This document shows, one piece after another, positions 1-13,090 of a DNA stretch of 64,000 bases (position 1 is its first letter; the number at the start of each line of letters is the position of its first letter). The DNA lies in assembly GCF_018350175.1 (NCBI RefSeq), contig NC_058369.1, positions 994,001-1,058,000 on the forward strand. The letters run 5' to 3'. Origin of the DNA: Felis catus (Eukaryota). The notes under the pieces are model-generated. The model worked only from the letters and a program-made list of their open reading frames with translations. It had not been told where the DNA came from and ran no database searches. Made by a program: the position numbers and the translations under genes.

Positions 1-879
1 CGCTTTCATCTACCAGGGCCCTCTCCTGCTCTACAACCTGCCAGGGCTCCCACTGCCCACAGTGTCAGATCCTGGGGCCTCAGCGCACACAGTTCCCTCC
101 ACCTGTCCCTCTGCCCTGCAGGCCGAGCTCGGGCCCTGCCCTGGGACGGGGAGTCTTGACTCTGGGGAGCCTCAGCTCACCCCCTCAAAGGGCACGTGCG
201 AGGGGTCCGGGGAGGCCGGCCAGCAGCTCTCTCCGCCCACCCGGCTGCAGCCTCTCATCGAGGCTCTGGTCCAGCCTGCAACTGCAGTGCCTGCTGTACA
301 GATGGGGAAACCGAGGCCCCAAAGCCAGCAGGCTTACCTAGCAGGCACTGATAACAGCGAAGCAGCAATAATAATACCCCCCCGATGGGGTTGTTGTGAG
401 GCTTATGCAGGTTGTTTGATCGCCCACCCATACACCCAGGGGCATCGCTCTGGCCACGGGCCCGTGTGGAGCCCCAGCTGCTGACTCCAGGCAGGGCAGA
501 GGCAGAGATGGACACGGGCATTCCCAGCCCTGTGGGGTCAGGGTGGGGTGAGGGGGGAGAGTCAGAGAAGGGCTGAGGGTCTGGCCTGGGGAGGGCTGCA
601 GGGAGGAGGAGCCTGAGGGAAGACAGAGGGGGCGTTTGCTAAGAAGAGGGCAGGGAGTTCCTGGCGGCGGGGTCAGCACGTGCAAAGGCCCGGAGGTACG
701 GGGAGGCGCCCCCCAGAGATCCTGCTGTGGCAGGAGCGGGCGGGGCTCGGGCCGGTGTTCCAGGGCCTGGTAAGGCTCCACGCTCCTTTGGGAGGGCACA
801 GGGGAGGGACGTGCCCCTAATCTGGCCTCCAGATTTATAACTCCACTGGCCGAGCACCTGCTGTGTACCAGCCTTTGTC

Positions 880-1480
880 CCCCTCTCAGATGTGACGTCA
901 CGCCGAGGCCGGAACCGGCGCTGTGGGCCTCAGTCTGTGCACCGAGCGAGGGCCTCCCGCGCCTCGCAGCTGGGGGTTGTCGAAGCTGGTGGGAGTCGGG
1001 GGCGGCGGCCGGAGGACGGTGCCAGTTCGGTCCCGGGCCGGTCCGGGGTCTCCCTGATGCCCGCCGGGTAGCGAGCCCTGCGGTGCTGCGGGAGGCGGGC
1101 CCAGGGCGTTGAAGCTAACTTCCTCTTAAGCAGACTTAATTAGTGTTCTCGGGTCCCACATAAATTAAGCGTGGCCGGCCACGGAGGCCGGAGCGCCCGA
1201 TCGATGGGCAGCTGATGGCAAGGAACCCCGTCAGGTCGCTCCGCCTGATAACGGCTCACGACGTTATCTTCTCCAAGCAGGCCTGGGGGCCCGAGATCTG
1301 GCTGCGCCGCAGCCCCTCTCTGAGCCTCAGTTTCCACATCTGTGAAATGGGGCGAGCCTCTGCGGGTTCGTTGTCCTTTCCCTGATGGGAGCGGTCACGA
1401 GAGCCTGGGCTTTGAGCCCCAGAACCTAGTTCAGCCGCGTCCTGAGGCACCTCCGTCTCCGAGGGCTGGGATTTGGTGGG
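880..1480. promoter_or_regulatory. CpG-rich island-like block with CRE palindrome
   Basis: High CpG density; GTGACGTCAC at 892-901; ATCGAT at 1200; TAAT/TAAAT motifs at 1135-1170. Confidence 0.5.
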
Positions 1481-2564
1481 TGGACAGCGGTGACATAAAT
1501 TATGCGCCTGCTGTATCTGGAGGAGGAGGCCAGGAGAGGCCGGGAATCCTCCAGAAGGTCCTGCGCCCCAAACTCTCTCAGGGAAGAGGTCCCCCAAGTC
1601 TTTAGGAGTCAGTAGGCTGGAAAAGGTTGGGCGGGGGTGGGGTCCCGGGTGCGGGCAGCTCATGGGCCATCCCTGTGGACAGACCTCATCTAGCAGACCT
1701 GCCCTCCCCAGGGGGCAGGCAGGGGTCTCCACGAGCACTGTGAGTGGGGCCGAGACCCGGCATTCTGGCGTGTCTACACAGATATACCAAGAATACCTCC
1801 TGGGCACTGACCCCTGGGCTGGGTGCTGGGAGCAAGGCAGTGACCACATGGGAGTGACCTCTTTCTGTGGTAGAGACAACCAAATGAATGTCTAATTAGA
1901 AAAGTGGAGGGTTCGGGGAGGGCTTCTTGGAGGTGGGGACATTGGCTGAGACCTGGAGGAAGAAGGGCTGACGGGGAGGCGTGGCCAAGGGCAAAGCGAT
2001 GCCACCAGGAAGGGACGAAGGGTGGGGAAGGCACGCGGAGGCCCCAGAAAGGCCTGAAACTTGGAAGGATTCCGGAACCGAGAGGAGAGGAGGGCCCACA
2101 GTGGCCTTGGGGGAGCGTGACTAAACAGGGTGCTGATGTCAGCTCACAGGATCGGGGGCGTGGTCTGTGTGGGGGCACGGCCTGGGCCAAGGCGACCATC
2201 AGACAAGGTCTCCCCTCTTTGAGGACCAGGGCTTAAGTAGCAAATACTCCCCCACAGGGACACCTCTACCCAGAGGCCAGTGGCAGATAGAACTGGACAC
2301 AGACTGCCTCCGGGCTTGTGGGGCCAGAATGGGGCCCGAGGGAGGGGAGCAGGGCTGGGCAGAGGACCCCAAAGGGGGCTTTGGAGGCTCTGCTTGGGAG
2401 GCAGGGAGAACACCCCCCCCCCCCCAAGGAGACGGCTTTCAAGGAGGAGAAGGAGCTGGCTAAATGACAGGAAGACATGTGCAAAGGTCCTGAGGCAGGC
2501 ACAGCAAAGAGGCTTGTTTGGTGGGGCTGGGGACTGGGAGAGCTTCTTCAGAGATCGGGTGGAA

Positions 2565-2750
2565 GGGCGCCTGGGCGGCTCGGTCGGTTAAGCGTCTGAC
2601 TGTTGATCTCGGCTCAGGTCATGATCTCGCGGTTCGTGAGTTTGAGCCCCACACAGGCTCTGTGCTGACAGCTCAGAGCCTGCTTGGGATTCTCTCTCTC
2701 GATCTCTGCCGCTCCCCTGCTCGCTCTCTCTGTCTCCCTCAAAATAAACA
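2565..2750 (+). mobile_element. Can-SINE (felid tRNA-derived SINE)
   Basis: GGGCGCCTGGGCGGCTCGGTCGGTTAAG head, CT-rich stretch, AATAAA tail. Confidence 0.9.
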
Positions 2751-4200
2751 CATAGACAGCTTTCAAGGATCAGGTGGAAAGGTAAGGGGTCGGGGCAGGG
2801 ACTGGGCTTTACCGAGAAGGGAGGGAACACGGGGGCCCCCGCGGGTGTGGAAGAGGCAAGCGCATAGTTTTCCTTTGGAAAAAGCTCTCCTGGTGCCGCT
2901 TGGAGGCCGCCAGGGGTGGGAGGGAAGGAAGGAGGAGATCCAGGCGGAAAACAAGGGCACCACGAGGTAGGGAGAAGCGGTCCCTCCCTGCCCCACCTGT
3001 CACCACCGCCTGAGCCCCGATCGCGGTGGCTCCCGGCTGTTGGGAATTATTTTTCATAAACATACTTCAGGCCCAGCCTCTCAGCTGCATGGGGTCTGAG
3101 GGCAGCGGGCAGCTCAGCCAGGCCTCAAAGCAAAGTGTTCCGGCCCCGCATCAAACATGCGGCCCGGGGTGGGGGGGCTGGCTCCCCACCCGGGCTGGCC
3201 TCGGTTTACTCACCTGTGCAGTGGGCCTTCATACAGACCAGCCGGGAAAAGAAGTCGCTGATGGGGGCTGTGCGGGCAGGGTGCGAATCCTCTTGAGAGC
3301 ACGGTCTCCCTCTCCGGGCCTCAGTTTCCCCAACTGTGAGACGGCCATGGCAGACTGGCACGCGTCTCCCTGGGCCGGGAACATTCCCTCGCCCATTCTG
3401 AGCACAGCTTCTCCCGTAGCCTGCCCCCCCCCACCATGCTGCTTGTACCCCTGAGGGGCAGGGGACTCACCCCCTCCCCAGAGCCCTTGGGGGTTTGGTA
3501 TATGTCAGGCCAGGGCCTGGAGACAGACCTGGGGGAGGCAGTTCTGAGAAGAGGTGGAAACAGTTCTCAGAAAGCCCGAGACCCCGAGGGATTCCTTCCT
3601 TCTCAGAAACAGCCCCCCCCCCACCCGCCACCGACTCAGAGAGACGTCTGGGCAGAAGTCTGGGTGGGCACGGGCAGGAGACGCCCCTACGTCTCTTCCC
3701 CTATGTGACATCGTCCCCCCCCCCCCCCAGTCCGCGTCTCCCGCCTCCTGCCTGTCCCCCAGGGGTCCCCTCCTGCCCTGCCACCCACACCCCTCCTCAG
3801 TGCCCCTCATCGTCCTGAGTCAGGGCCCCTCCCGGCCTGTCCTGAGTGCCTCTCGTCCCTCCCTGGTGACGAGGGCGCATCCCCTTTGCCGCCAGGCCCG
3901 TGAATCCCGCGTTCACCTCCACCGGCGCAAACTTGGGGCGCTCCGGCCCCGCCTCACCCACTGTCCGGGCCGTGGGACCCGAATCCTCTACTCCCCCAGG
4001 CCCGAGGCTGGGGCTGGACACAGGCGGCCCCTCCAGAGTGGGGCATCTGCCTCCCCTCCCGTGAGAAACGGACTCAGCCCAGGGTCTGAGCTGGCCGGTC
4101 CTGGAGCAGTGGGGCTGCCTTGACGTCTGGACCGGGAAGCCCCCCCGCCCCCCCAGGCCCGCTCACCCAGGCCTCTGGAGCAGGTGCTTACCCTTGTTCA

Positions 4201-4415
4201 TTTTTTTTTTCATTTTTTTAATTTTTATTTTTGAGACAGTGAGATACAGAGCATGAACAGGGGAGGGTCAGAGAGAGGGAGACACAGAATCTGAAACAGG
4301 CTCCAGGCTCTGAGCTGTCAGCACAGAGCCCGACGCGGGGCTCGAACTATGGACGGAGAGATCATGACCTGAGCCGACGTCGGCCGCTTAACTGACTGAG
4401 CCACCCAGGCGCCCC
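4201..4415 (-). mobile_element. Can-SINE with 18-bp TSD
   Basis: Full SINE in reverse; TSD GGTGCTTACCCTTGTTCA at 4183-4200 and 4416-4433. Confidence 0.95.
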
Positions 4416-5269
4416 GGTGCTTACCCTTGTTCAAATGCTGGCTCCCCTAAGTCCTTACGTGTCCCCAGTCACCCGGTGTCCGCAGAAGCAAGGGGGCCTC
4501 TGGGCACCTGGTGGGGCTGAGACGCAGGAGCCCCTGTTAGGGAGAAGGCTCTGGAAGGAGGAGACGGAGCACCCCCTGCCTTCCGCCCGGCCCCACTCGG
4601 CTCTCCCACGGGTGACCGGCCCTGAGAACGCCCTCCGCCCTGGCGGCCACATCCCCCTCGGTGGCTGCAGCCTCAGCTTGCAAAAAGCGAGGCGACGTGG
4701 GCGGGATGGAAAGCTGACCACGAAAGCGAACAGTCCAGTGCGTTCACGTCCCCTCGACCCGATCCCAGAACACGCCGTGCTTGTCCGTCTGTCCGAGGCT
4801 GGACATGGCCCACCCCTCCCCGCCCCCCCCCCCCGGCCGGTGGGGCTGTGAACAAGCGAGCACAGCATTCTGCCCGCGTCCCTGTGTTCGATCCTCAGGC
4901 ACCGATGCCCGGGAGCCGAACCACTGGCTCGCGCGGTGACCATACCTGCCTTTTAGAGGAGCCACCGGACTTTCCACGCCGGCTGCCCCGTCAGGGCCCC
5001 CGGGAAAGAATAGCCCCCTGAGAAAACGCGTGTGGGACCCTGAGGCTTGGCGAGGTGGGTCCTCCGCTCAGCCGCACCGTCACGCGGACCCTCCACCAAG
5101 ACCTGCTTGTCTTTCGCCTCAGTTTCCCCATCTGAGCAGAGGGCTCGCGCCAGGCCCGGGCGTGGCAGCTAGCGCGTTATCCGAAGGATCGGTGTGCAGG
5201 AGCCCGTGGTTCGGGAGGACGAGACAGGCTCCTCTCCTCCAGGCCGTGCAGGTTTCGGGTGCGGGACTG

Positions 5270-5553
5270 TCCTCTGGCTTAGCTGCATAAGCCACACACG
5301 CTGGTTCTCTGACGGCTCTGGGCTCCGAAGTCCCCTCCTCATCCTCAGGGATGAGCAGCCCGGGGTCCTCCTCAGCAGCCCGGGGTCCACCCGGCTCTCT
5401 GCCTGCCTCTCGTGAGGACGCCGGGCCCCCCGGGCCCCCAGAGTCACCCCCGCCTCAGGGGCCTTGACAAGCTCCCCTCTGCTGCACGAGGGGACATGTT
5501 CACAGGTCCTGGGATCGGGGATGAATGTCTTGGGGCCCCTGTTCAGCCACCAC
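5270..5553 (-). mobile_element. MLT1-type (ERVL-MaLR) LTR, degenerate
   Basis: Resembles the reverse MLT1 consensus (…ttcacaggtcctgggat…ttcagccaccaca end). Confidence 0.55.
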
Positions 5554-5721
5554 AGAGGACTGCCTGCCCCTAAACGCCCCTCACCCCTGCTCCTACCTTG
5601 GGCCTAGGACACCTTCATAGCACTTTGGTCCCCTGGGACTTGCTGATCTCCAACTTCCTCCGATCACTCACTCACGGAGCGAGCATTTATTGAGCGCCTG
5701 CTGTGTCCCGGGGCGCTCCAG

Positions 5722-5830
5722 CAGGGTGGCTTTGTGGGCCTGCGACCTGTGCAGTTGCCCAGGGCTCCATGCCTGGTTAGCCCTCTGCCGTCACCATCTT
5801 GAAATTCTTGCTAATTTGACCTTGGAACTT
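5722..5830 (+). mobile_element. MER45-like hAT DNA transposon fragment
   Basis: cagggtggctttgtgggcctgcgacctgtgcag…catcttgaaattctt resembles the MER45 5' end. Confidence 0.6.
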
Positions 5831-5950
5831 GTGTGACAGCTCGGAGCCCGGAGCCTGCTTCGGGTTCTGTGTCTCCCTCTCTCTCTGACCCTCCCCCGTT
5901 CATGCTGTGTCTCTCCGGCTCAAAAATAAATAAACGTTAAAAAAAAAAAA
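5831..5950 (+). mobile_element. 5'-truncated Can-SINE
   Basis: 3' half of the SINE (gacagctcggagcccggagcctgcttcgg…aaataaataaacgttaaaa). Confidence 0.85.
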
Positions 5951-6387
5951 AGTGAAATCAGCATCGCACAACAGAAATGGTAACGCTCCTGCTGGTGGTT
6001 CCGATGGCCAATTTTTCCTTATTTAAGTGACATGACATAGCAAACGGAAAAAAACCCACGGCAGGTGGAGACAGAGAGAGAGGCCGGAAGACAGAGAAAA
6101 GCCTAACATTTTAGCACCTTGAAGGACACTTCTTGCCTTCGGAACATTTTCGCCTTGCGGGAGCCCTGCAAAGCGAGTGGCCGGCCGGGCGGCGTGCACG
6201 GGGCGCTGGGGACACTTGTGAGCAGACGCAGCCCAGACGTCCTGGCGGGGGAGACAGACAGGAGACAAATGAATGTTTCGAATGAAAGGTGTGCAAGAAG
6301 GCGGTGTGAGGTGCGGAGAGAGTCCGGGGGCAGGGAGATTGGGGAGGCTCGGGTTGCCTGTTGGACCTAGGTATTTGTGACACTTCA

Positions 6388-6583
6388 TTTTTAAAAATTT
6401 TTTAATTTATTTTTTCTTTTAGAGAGAGAGCATGAGTGGGGGAGAGGGGCAGAGGGGGAGAGAGAGAGAGAGAGAGGATCTCAAGCAAGCTAAACGCTCA
6501 GCATGGACCTGATGCGGGGCTCAATCCCACGACCCTGAAATCAAGGGTCAGACGCTTAACTGACTGGGCCACCCAGGTGCCCC
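6388..6583 (-). mobile_element. Can-SINE
   Basis: Reverse head …ccacccaggtgcccc, (GA)n and T-rich tail. Confidence 0.85.
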
Positions 6584-7311
6584 GGGATTTGTGGCATTTC
6601 TTTGATGCTTACCTGTTACGTACAGTAATATAGCACATCAAGTTGCTTGAGAGGAAGGGGCTGCTTCTTTCTCTCGGGCCAGCCTCCCTGCGAGTTTGAA
6701 GTGTGTCCCTACAGGGCCAAGCCCACGGCCTTCTGCCTTCTCAGCAACGGAGGGAAGGATTTCTCCTTCTGGAGCTGACTGAAAAATCCCAGGGAAGGTT
6801 TTGAGTGGCCAGCGTGGCTCACACGTCCATTTCCGGACCAATCACCACAGCCAGGAGCAGGAGACACTCCGTGATTGGCTGGCTTGTGTCAGGTACCCAT
6901 TTCCATGGCTAAGACGTAGAAAGATCACCGAGATCCGTGGTGGAGTGGGTTAAGGCGTGGGAAGGCGGAGGAGGAGGTATGATCAAAGTCTCTGCTTGGG
7001 ACCCAGATGGGATTCAGAGAGAAGGGGGCTTGGGGGCTGGGGCCGTGAGGGATGAGTAAGAGTTTGCCTAGTAAAGGTGTAGCAGACGGAAAAGCATCAA
7101 TGGGAGAGAGAGAGAGCAGGGCTGTAAAAGGGGGCAGTGTGGGAGACAGGCTAAGCCAAATCCTTGCAAAGCCTTCTATGCCAAGCCAGGGGAGCAGGAC
7201 CTTTATCCCCGGGCAGTGAGGAGGCACAGAAAAGTTTCAGAGCAGGGGAGGTATGTACCAAGTCTCCAAGCAAGAAAGAGCCCCCCGAAGTCAGCGTCGG
7301 GTGTTCTGGAT

Positions 7312-7495
7312 CAAGAGTCAGCAAACAGCGACTGGAGGGCCGAATGTGGCCCTTGGCCTGTTCTTATAAATAAAGTTTTATTGCCACAGAGCCACGCCCA
7401 CTCAGTCAATTATCGTCTCTGGTGTCTTCACTACGAGGACAGAACTGAGTAGTCCTAACAAGAGAGTGTCTCACTAGGCTGGCCCTTGAAGCCTG
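7312..7495 (+). mobile_element. MER58A-like hAT-Charlie DNA transposon
   Basis: caagagtcagcaaac…taaataaagttttattg…agccacgcccactc matches the recalled MER58A layout. Confidence 0.7.
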
Positions 7496-7949
7496 GTCCA
7501 GAGGAGTGAGGACGCAGGTAGGAGACCCAAGAGGAGGTGGGGCCGTGGGGGGCTTCGGAGGGAGCATGTTCCAGGGGCACTCGGAAGGCAAGAGGGAGGG
7601 CGTTGGAGGGACTGAATGTGGAGGGGTCAGGAGACAGCGTTTCTAGCTGCAAGATGGGTACACAGCAGGGCCGTCACTGACGGGGACCCAGAAGGATGCT
7701 GAGGCTAGGTGAGCCAGGTGCGTCACAGGCCTGGGACAAGGGAGGGGCTCTCGGGAGGGCTTGGGGTGGCAGTGCGGGCCTGGAATCTCCCGTGGGGCCT
7801 GGTGGCCTGGGTCAAGGCCTCCAGCGAGCCCCGGGGTGGGGGTGGGGGTTGCTGCTGGCTAGCTTCAGAATGGCCCCACAGTGCTGGAGCTCACTGGCAG
7901 CTTATATGGCCTCCAAGGCCCCACGGCCGGGACGTCCCAGCCTCCTGAG

Positions 7950-9400
7950 CTACCCTGCATGGAAGGCAGACACCGGACGTGGAAACTTCCTCCAGTGGCC
8001 ACCCGACTGTCCCCGGGGCCGCTGCAGGGTCCGGAAGGGCCTGAGTTACCGGAGGATGTTCTGTGCCAGGGAGCCCCACGAGCCATTATCTCCGGTGCTT
8101 CCCGGGCAGGCGCCGACTCGGGGGCATTTAAGAGCCGGGGCTGAGGCGTCCGCTGAGCCCTGGCGTGGTGGGGGCCAGGCCGCGGCAGGGCTTGGGTCCA
8201 GCTCGGCACAGCTCTGGGTAACCGCCACAGGCCTGGAGGCTTCGGCCGCATACGATGGGACCCTCACCTGCCCGTGATGCTCGGTCCAGCCCCAGCTACG
8301 CCCTGCAGACGCTCAGGGGCCCCTGAACTTCTCCCGATGGCCTCCCCTGACCCAGCAGCAGAGCACTCCGCCTGCGCCCCTGGGGCCTCCGCCTGGCTCC
8401 CCGTGCCCTGCCTGGCATAGTCCCGGGAGCTCTGAGGATGCCCGGAAGGATGGGCCGTGGGGACCGCAGTCTGTCTGATCGATAGCCCCGTCAGCCGCCC
8501 GGGGCGGGCGGAAGCCAGACGCGGGTGGCCGCCTGCTGTCTCCCACTCCACCCTCCGGGAAGGCGGATGAGACTCGAGACCCTCTTGAGCGAAGCCGGGC
8601 ACCCGCCTGCCACCCGGCACCCCTATCTGCCGTGGAAGGACCCAGTTCCTGAATTGCCCCAAAGGGCCGCGCTGCAGGCCTCCACCGAAGCCTTTAATAG
8701 CCTGGGCCTAATGTTTTATTGTTGGTTTTAAAAGTGTAATTAGTTCAAGTGTAAACAGAAAACCCTGCTTAATTAAGAATTTTTAAACAGGGGCATAAAG
8801 CGCTAGCGGAAACGTTGGCGAACCCCGAGCTGCTTTCATAAAATCGATCGGGAAGAGGCTCCGGGCGCGGGGCCGGGCAGGGTGGGGGCGCGGGGGGAGC
8901 CGGAGAGCCTTCCGGAGGATGCCGTTCGCCCGCCCGGGCGCGGGCCCCGGGGACCTGAGGCTTTACGATCGGGGTCTCGGGACCGGTGCCTAATGATTTT
9001 TACGCATTAATGGAGATGACAGTTGGCCAAGACAGCCTGTTTAAGAAGCCTTTATGGGTGGCTTGGAGCCGAGTCCCGCGCCCCCGAGGCCGGCTGGTGG
9101 CGGAACCCCCGCCGAGGCCAGGGAGGCCCTCACGGGCCTGTGCTCCTAGCGCTGCTTGGCGGGGCGCGCTCCCGATGTGGCGCGTGGGCGCACGCACGCG
9201 CACGTTACAGTTGTCGGAGGCTCGGTGATCGCTGATCGCGGGGGCCGATCGGGCCCGTCCCCTGCGCGGGTCCACGTCTCTGGGTGTCAAGGGCTTCGAC
9301 ATCCCCCTCCCCCTCCGTGCAGGCAGCGCCCGCCCGCCCTCCCCCAGGGATGGGGCCGTGTCCCCAGCGGCGCTGGAGGATTGGTCCAAATCAGGGCCGC
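7950..9400. promoter_or_regulatory. CpG island with AT-rich TAAT core; candidate distal enhancer
   Basis: CpG-dense flanks around an AT-rich core at 8690-8850 (TAATTAG, TTAATTAA, TGTAAACA, AAAATCGAT). Confidence 0.55.
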
Positions 9401-11896
9401 AGAGGAGAGCTGTGAGGTCCGACCCCTGGGGAGTCGTGGCCGGGCCTGTCGCCCATCGCCGGGAGGTCATGAAGGCCTCAAGTTGGGTGCAACAACTCGC
9501 TCCACCTGGGAGTTTGGCTGTTGCAAGCACCACGGGGCTTGAGACGCGGGAGAAAAGTTCCAGAGGGCGGAGAGGTGGATGGCACCGCCCCAGTGTAGCC
9601 TGGAGCTGGGGGACAGGTGGGCAGGGCGTGGGGCGTGGGCTCTGGCCCAGGCTCAGGTCTGTGCCCCCCCTTCCCCTCCCCCTCCCCCCCTGCCGCGGTG
9701 ACTTTCTGAGAATGAGAATAGCGGGCACTGTGAGGGGTTGACAGATGGAGGCCGGCGGTGGGGGCCCCACTTGCAGCCTCGGGGCCTCGCAGACGGGGAT
9801 GGTCTGGTGGTCCTCTTCACCTCCGCTCCCCCAAGGCCCTCCTCGGGTCTGCCCAGCCCCGCTCCTGAGGACGGGGGTAGGGGGTAGCAGCTGCCTGAAG
9901 GAGGTCCTTGCACGCCAGGAGGCGAGCGGAGGACGATGCCACTCTGGCGGCGTCCCGGGTGTCGGACCCGGCAGCGCAGGCTCCCGGGCCTGAGCTTGGA
10001 ACCACGGAGCCCCCTGGAGACCGGCTGGGAGGGTCCAGGGCCAAGGCCCCCAGAAAGAGACCCTCTGTTTCCGGAGCAAAGACGCCACCTGCAGGGGCCC
10101 GGCCCTCCGGTGCCGGCAGTCTGGGCAGGAGGGGGCTCAGTGGACACGTTCTGAGTGATCACAGTGGGTCAGGGGAGGGGGGCCCAGGACCTTGGCCTTC
10201 CACTGCCCCGCCTCTATTCCTAAAGGACAGAGATGTCCCTATCGTCAGGGGTGCCTGGGCTGTCCCCCAAGGTAGTGGCTGCTCCCAAAGCATCATAACG
10301 ATTATAATGCAGGAAGGGAGGCTAGCGGCCCGCACTGAGGCCACCGCCTGCAGCCCCGCCTGCTCTCAGCCGCAGCAACCACGGCAAATCAATAGCTGGT
10401 GAGGCAGCCGGAAGGGGGATTTCTGTCCTCTGATTGGGAGGTGAACGCAGGGGCTGGGTGTGCTGGGTGCTCAGCAGGGCCTCGGGCCGGCAGGCAGGGC
10501 CCCGGCCTCGCCTGGCGGCGTTCCGTGGGTCTCTTACTTCGCTGTCTCTGTGCTTCTGTGTCTCTTCTGGCTCTCTCTGTCTCTCTCTCAGAACCTGAAC
10601 TAGGCCCTGAGATCTCCCTGAGAAAGTGCCCCCGGGAGCCGCATGCCCAGGCCTCCCAGGTGAGCCCATCCCAGGAAGGGGCCGAGCCAGCCAACCCCCT
10701 CCCCACGCCACGGTCTGTGGGACCCCACCTCGGCCCTGGCTGGGTCTCCTTTGTCTGCAGCGTTCATTCAAGTCTGAACAAGCTCCCAATATCTTAAAGC
10801 CACGAGGCTTCTGCGGAAAACCCAATTCTGGCCAATTCTGTGAGGTGAGGCCTATGCTGCAGACCAGCCGCCCCACCCGCTCCCCTCCCCTCCCAGTAGG
10901 ACCCTGGCTCAGTTCTCAACCCCGTGGAGCCTCAGGGCTCTCATCTGCAAAGGGGGAGCGAGCCCAGGAAATGATTCCAGTTCCCCGAGATGAGCAGGGC
11001 TCCCTTCGCAGGCAAGGTGTGAGAAGCAGGGACGGGATTCCAGTGGGACCAACAGTGGAACCAGGGAGAAGACAGCAGCTGCAGGTGAGGCTTGATCCAG
11101 TAACCCAGCCTGGTCACCGCATCCCTACGATGGCAGACAGCAGCCTTTTCCCCCTCCCTGTCGCCCAGCAGAAGAGAGACAGAGATAGAGACAAGGAGAG
11201 ACAAAGAGACACGCATCCCTCTCCTCCCTCTAGGCTACTCAAGGCCTGAGATCCTCTCTGATTGGATCAGCTTAGGTCACATGGTCACCCACCCACTCCC
11301 TGCAGCCCCAGAATGGGCAGCTCTGATTGGCTCTGCCCGTTTGTGATTTCCCTGGGGCTGGAAATCAGGGTAGGGGGCCGTCGGGAGGGATGAGGGAGTT
11401 ACGGAGGGAGGTCTTCAGCCAATGCCCGTGCCCTGGGGTTCCTTCTTCCTGGGCCAGCGGGTGAGGGAGTCAAGGGAGGGGCAGCAGTACCCGAGCAGCT
11501 GGGCTGACAGAGCCGGCAGCCCACCCACCCCTGGGTGGCTCCTACCTCCCTGCACCCCCAGTCAATACGCCCCTCTTGGAGGCCGCCTTCCCTGACTCCT
11601 GCTCCCTCAAGCTCACCAGATGGAAAGCCTCCCTCTGGCCCTGGCCACACCGGGCTGGACACATCCAGTGCTGGCCAGCACCTCCAGGCTGAGGGTCTCC
11701 TTAAGGCCTCTCTGGACTCCCCCATATTGTTCAAGTGCTGTTCAAATAAGTCCCGCCTCCTCCTGCCCCCAGCTGTGACCTGGGGCATGCCCCCTAGCCT
11801 CAGTTTCCCCATCTGTAAGGTCTCTTGAGGACCTCACTGATTGCGGAGGATCTGGGCAGTGGAACGGGAGTGCTGTCAGCCAGCACCTGGGCCTGA

Positions 11897-12220
11897 GAGG
11901 GGGGAGAGGGAGAGGGAGAGGAGGAGGGGGAGAGTGGGAGAGGGAGGAGGAGGAGGAAGGAGAGGGGGAGGGGGACAGGGGAGAGGAGGAGGAGAAGGGG
12001 GAGAGGGAGGGGGAGGAGGGGGAGAGGGAGAGGGGGAGGGGGAGGGAGAGAGGTGGAGAGGGAGGAGGGGAGAGAGGTGGAGAGGGAGGAGGAGGGAGAG
12101 GGGAAGAGGGAGGGGGAGGAGGAGGGAGAGGGTGAGAGGGAGAGGAGGAGGGGGAGAGGGGGAGAGGGAGGAGGAGGAGGAAGGAGAGGGGTGGGGGAGG
12201 GAGAGGGAGAGGGAGGAGAC
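11897..12220. repeat. GA-rich polypurine low-complexity tract
   Basis: Almost only G/A on the + strand. Confidence 0.95.
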
Positions 12221-12844
12221 CCGGTGAAACGTGAACTTCAGAGAAGCCGCAATTCTGTAGTGCAGGTGCATTCCCTGGGCCCATCTACGGTGCGGGCGGC
12301 GGGGGTCCTCTCCGGTGGCCGCGGGTGACTAACAAGGGCTTTGGCTCCTCCTAGCTCCCCACCCCCCTGGGCTGGCGGCGGGGAGGCCCCAGGGAGGGGG
12401 CTGGACCCCCGCAGGGACCAGCGGCACAGGAGGAGGAGCGCCTGGAATCCCAGGAGGGACCCACTTGTACCAAATGCTAATTGTTCAGCTAAATTCACGT
12501 GTCATGGGCCCCCTGATTGTAGCTGGTCACCCTGGAGGAGTCAGGCTCCCCTCTACTCCGTCCTGGCTGACCCCCCCCCCCGACCCAACATCCTCCCTCC
12601 GTTGGGCATTTATTAAGCACCTACTGTGGCACCAAGAGGCGCTCCCTGAGGTGGGGGTGGGGCCGGGGTGCCTGGAGCCGGTGGGGAGGTCACACCGCAG
12701 GCTGAGCCGCCCGGGCACAGAGGAGGACTCCCCCGGGACGGGTGTGGTCTGAGCCTCCCGGAGGCCGCACGCTGGGCTCCTGGCCTCTCGGGATGGACGC
12801 CCCGGGATGTCTGTGGCCGAATGGAAGCAGGTGGGGGCGGGGGC

Positions 12845-13090
12845 AGAGTGTGTGGCTACCAAGGGAAAGCATATGGATGCAGGTGTGTGTGCGCCCAGGC
12901 ACGCATGTGAGTTTGAACCTGTGTGTGCAGAAACACCTGTATCAGTACCTGCATGCGTCTGCACACGTGTTGCCTGTGTAGACATCTTGTGAGCATGTGC
13001 CCCAGCGTGGACGTCTGTGTGGTGGGGACGGATGTGTGCGCACACCTATGCTTGTGTTGAGGTGCCCGTGTCCCCTAGGTGTGTGTCCCA
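12845..13090. repeat. degenerate (TG)n-rich tract
   Basis: Repeated gtgtgt/catgtg motifs. Confidence 0.6.

Noticed and set aside
2565..2650. tRNA-like A/B boxes in SINE heads
   Set aside because: tRNA-derived Can-SINE heads followed by SINE bodies and tails, not tRNA genes.
9000..10088. 362-aa minus-strand ORF and the many other 60-320 aa ORFs in GC-rich blocks
   Set aside because: Pro/Gly/Arg/Ala-rich with overlapping ORFs in multiple frames and no domain or splice support; expected at this GC content.
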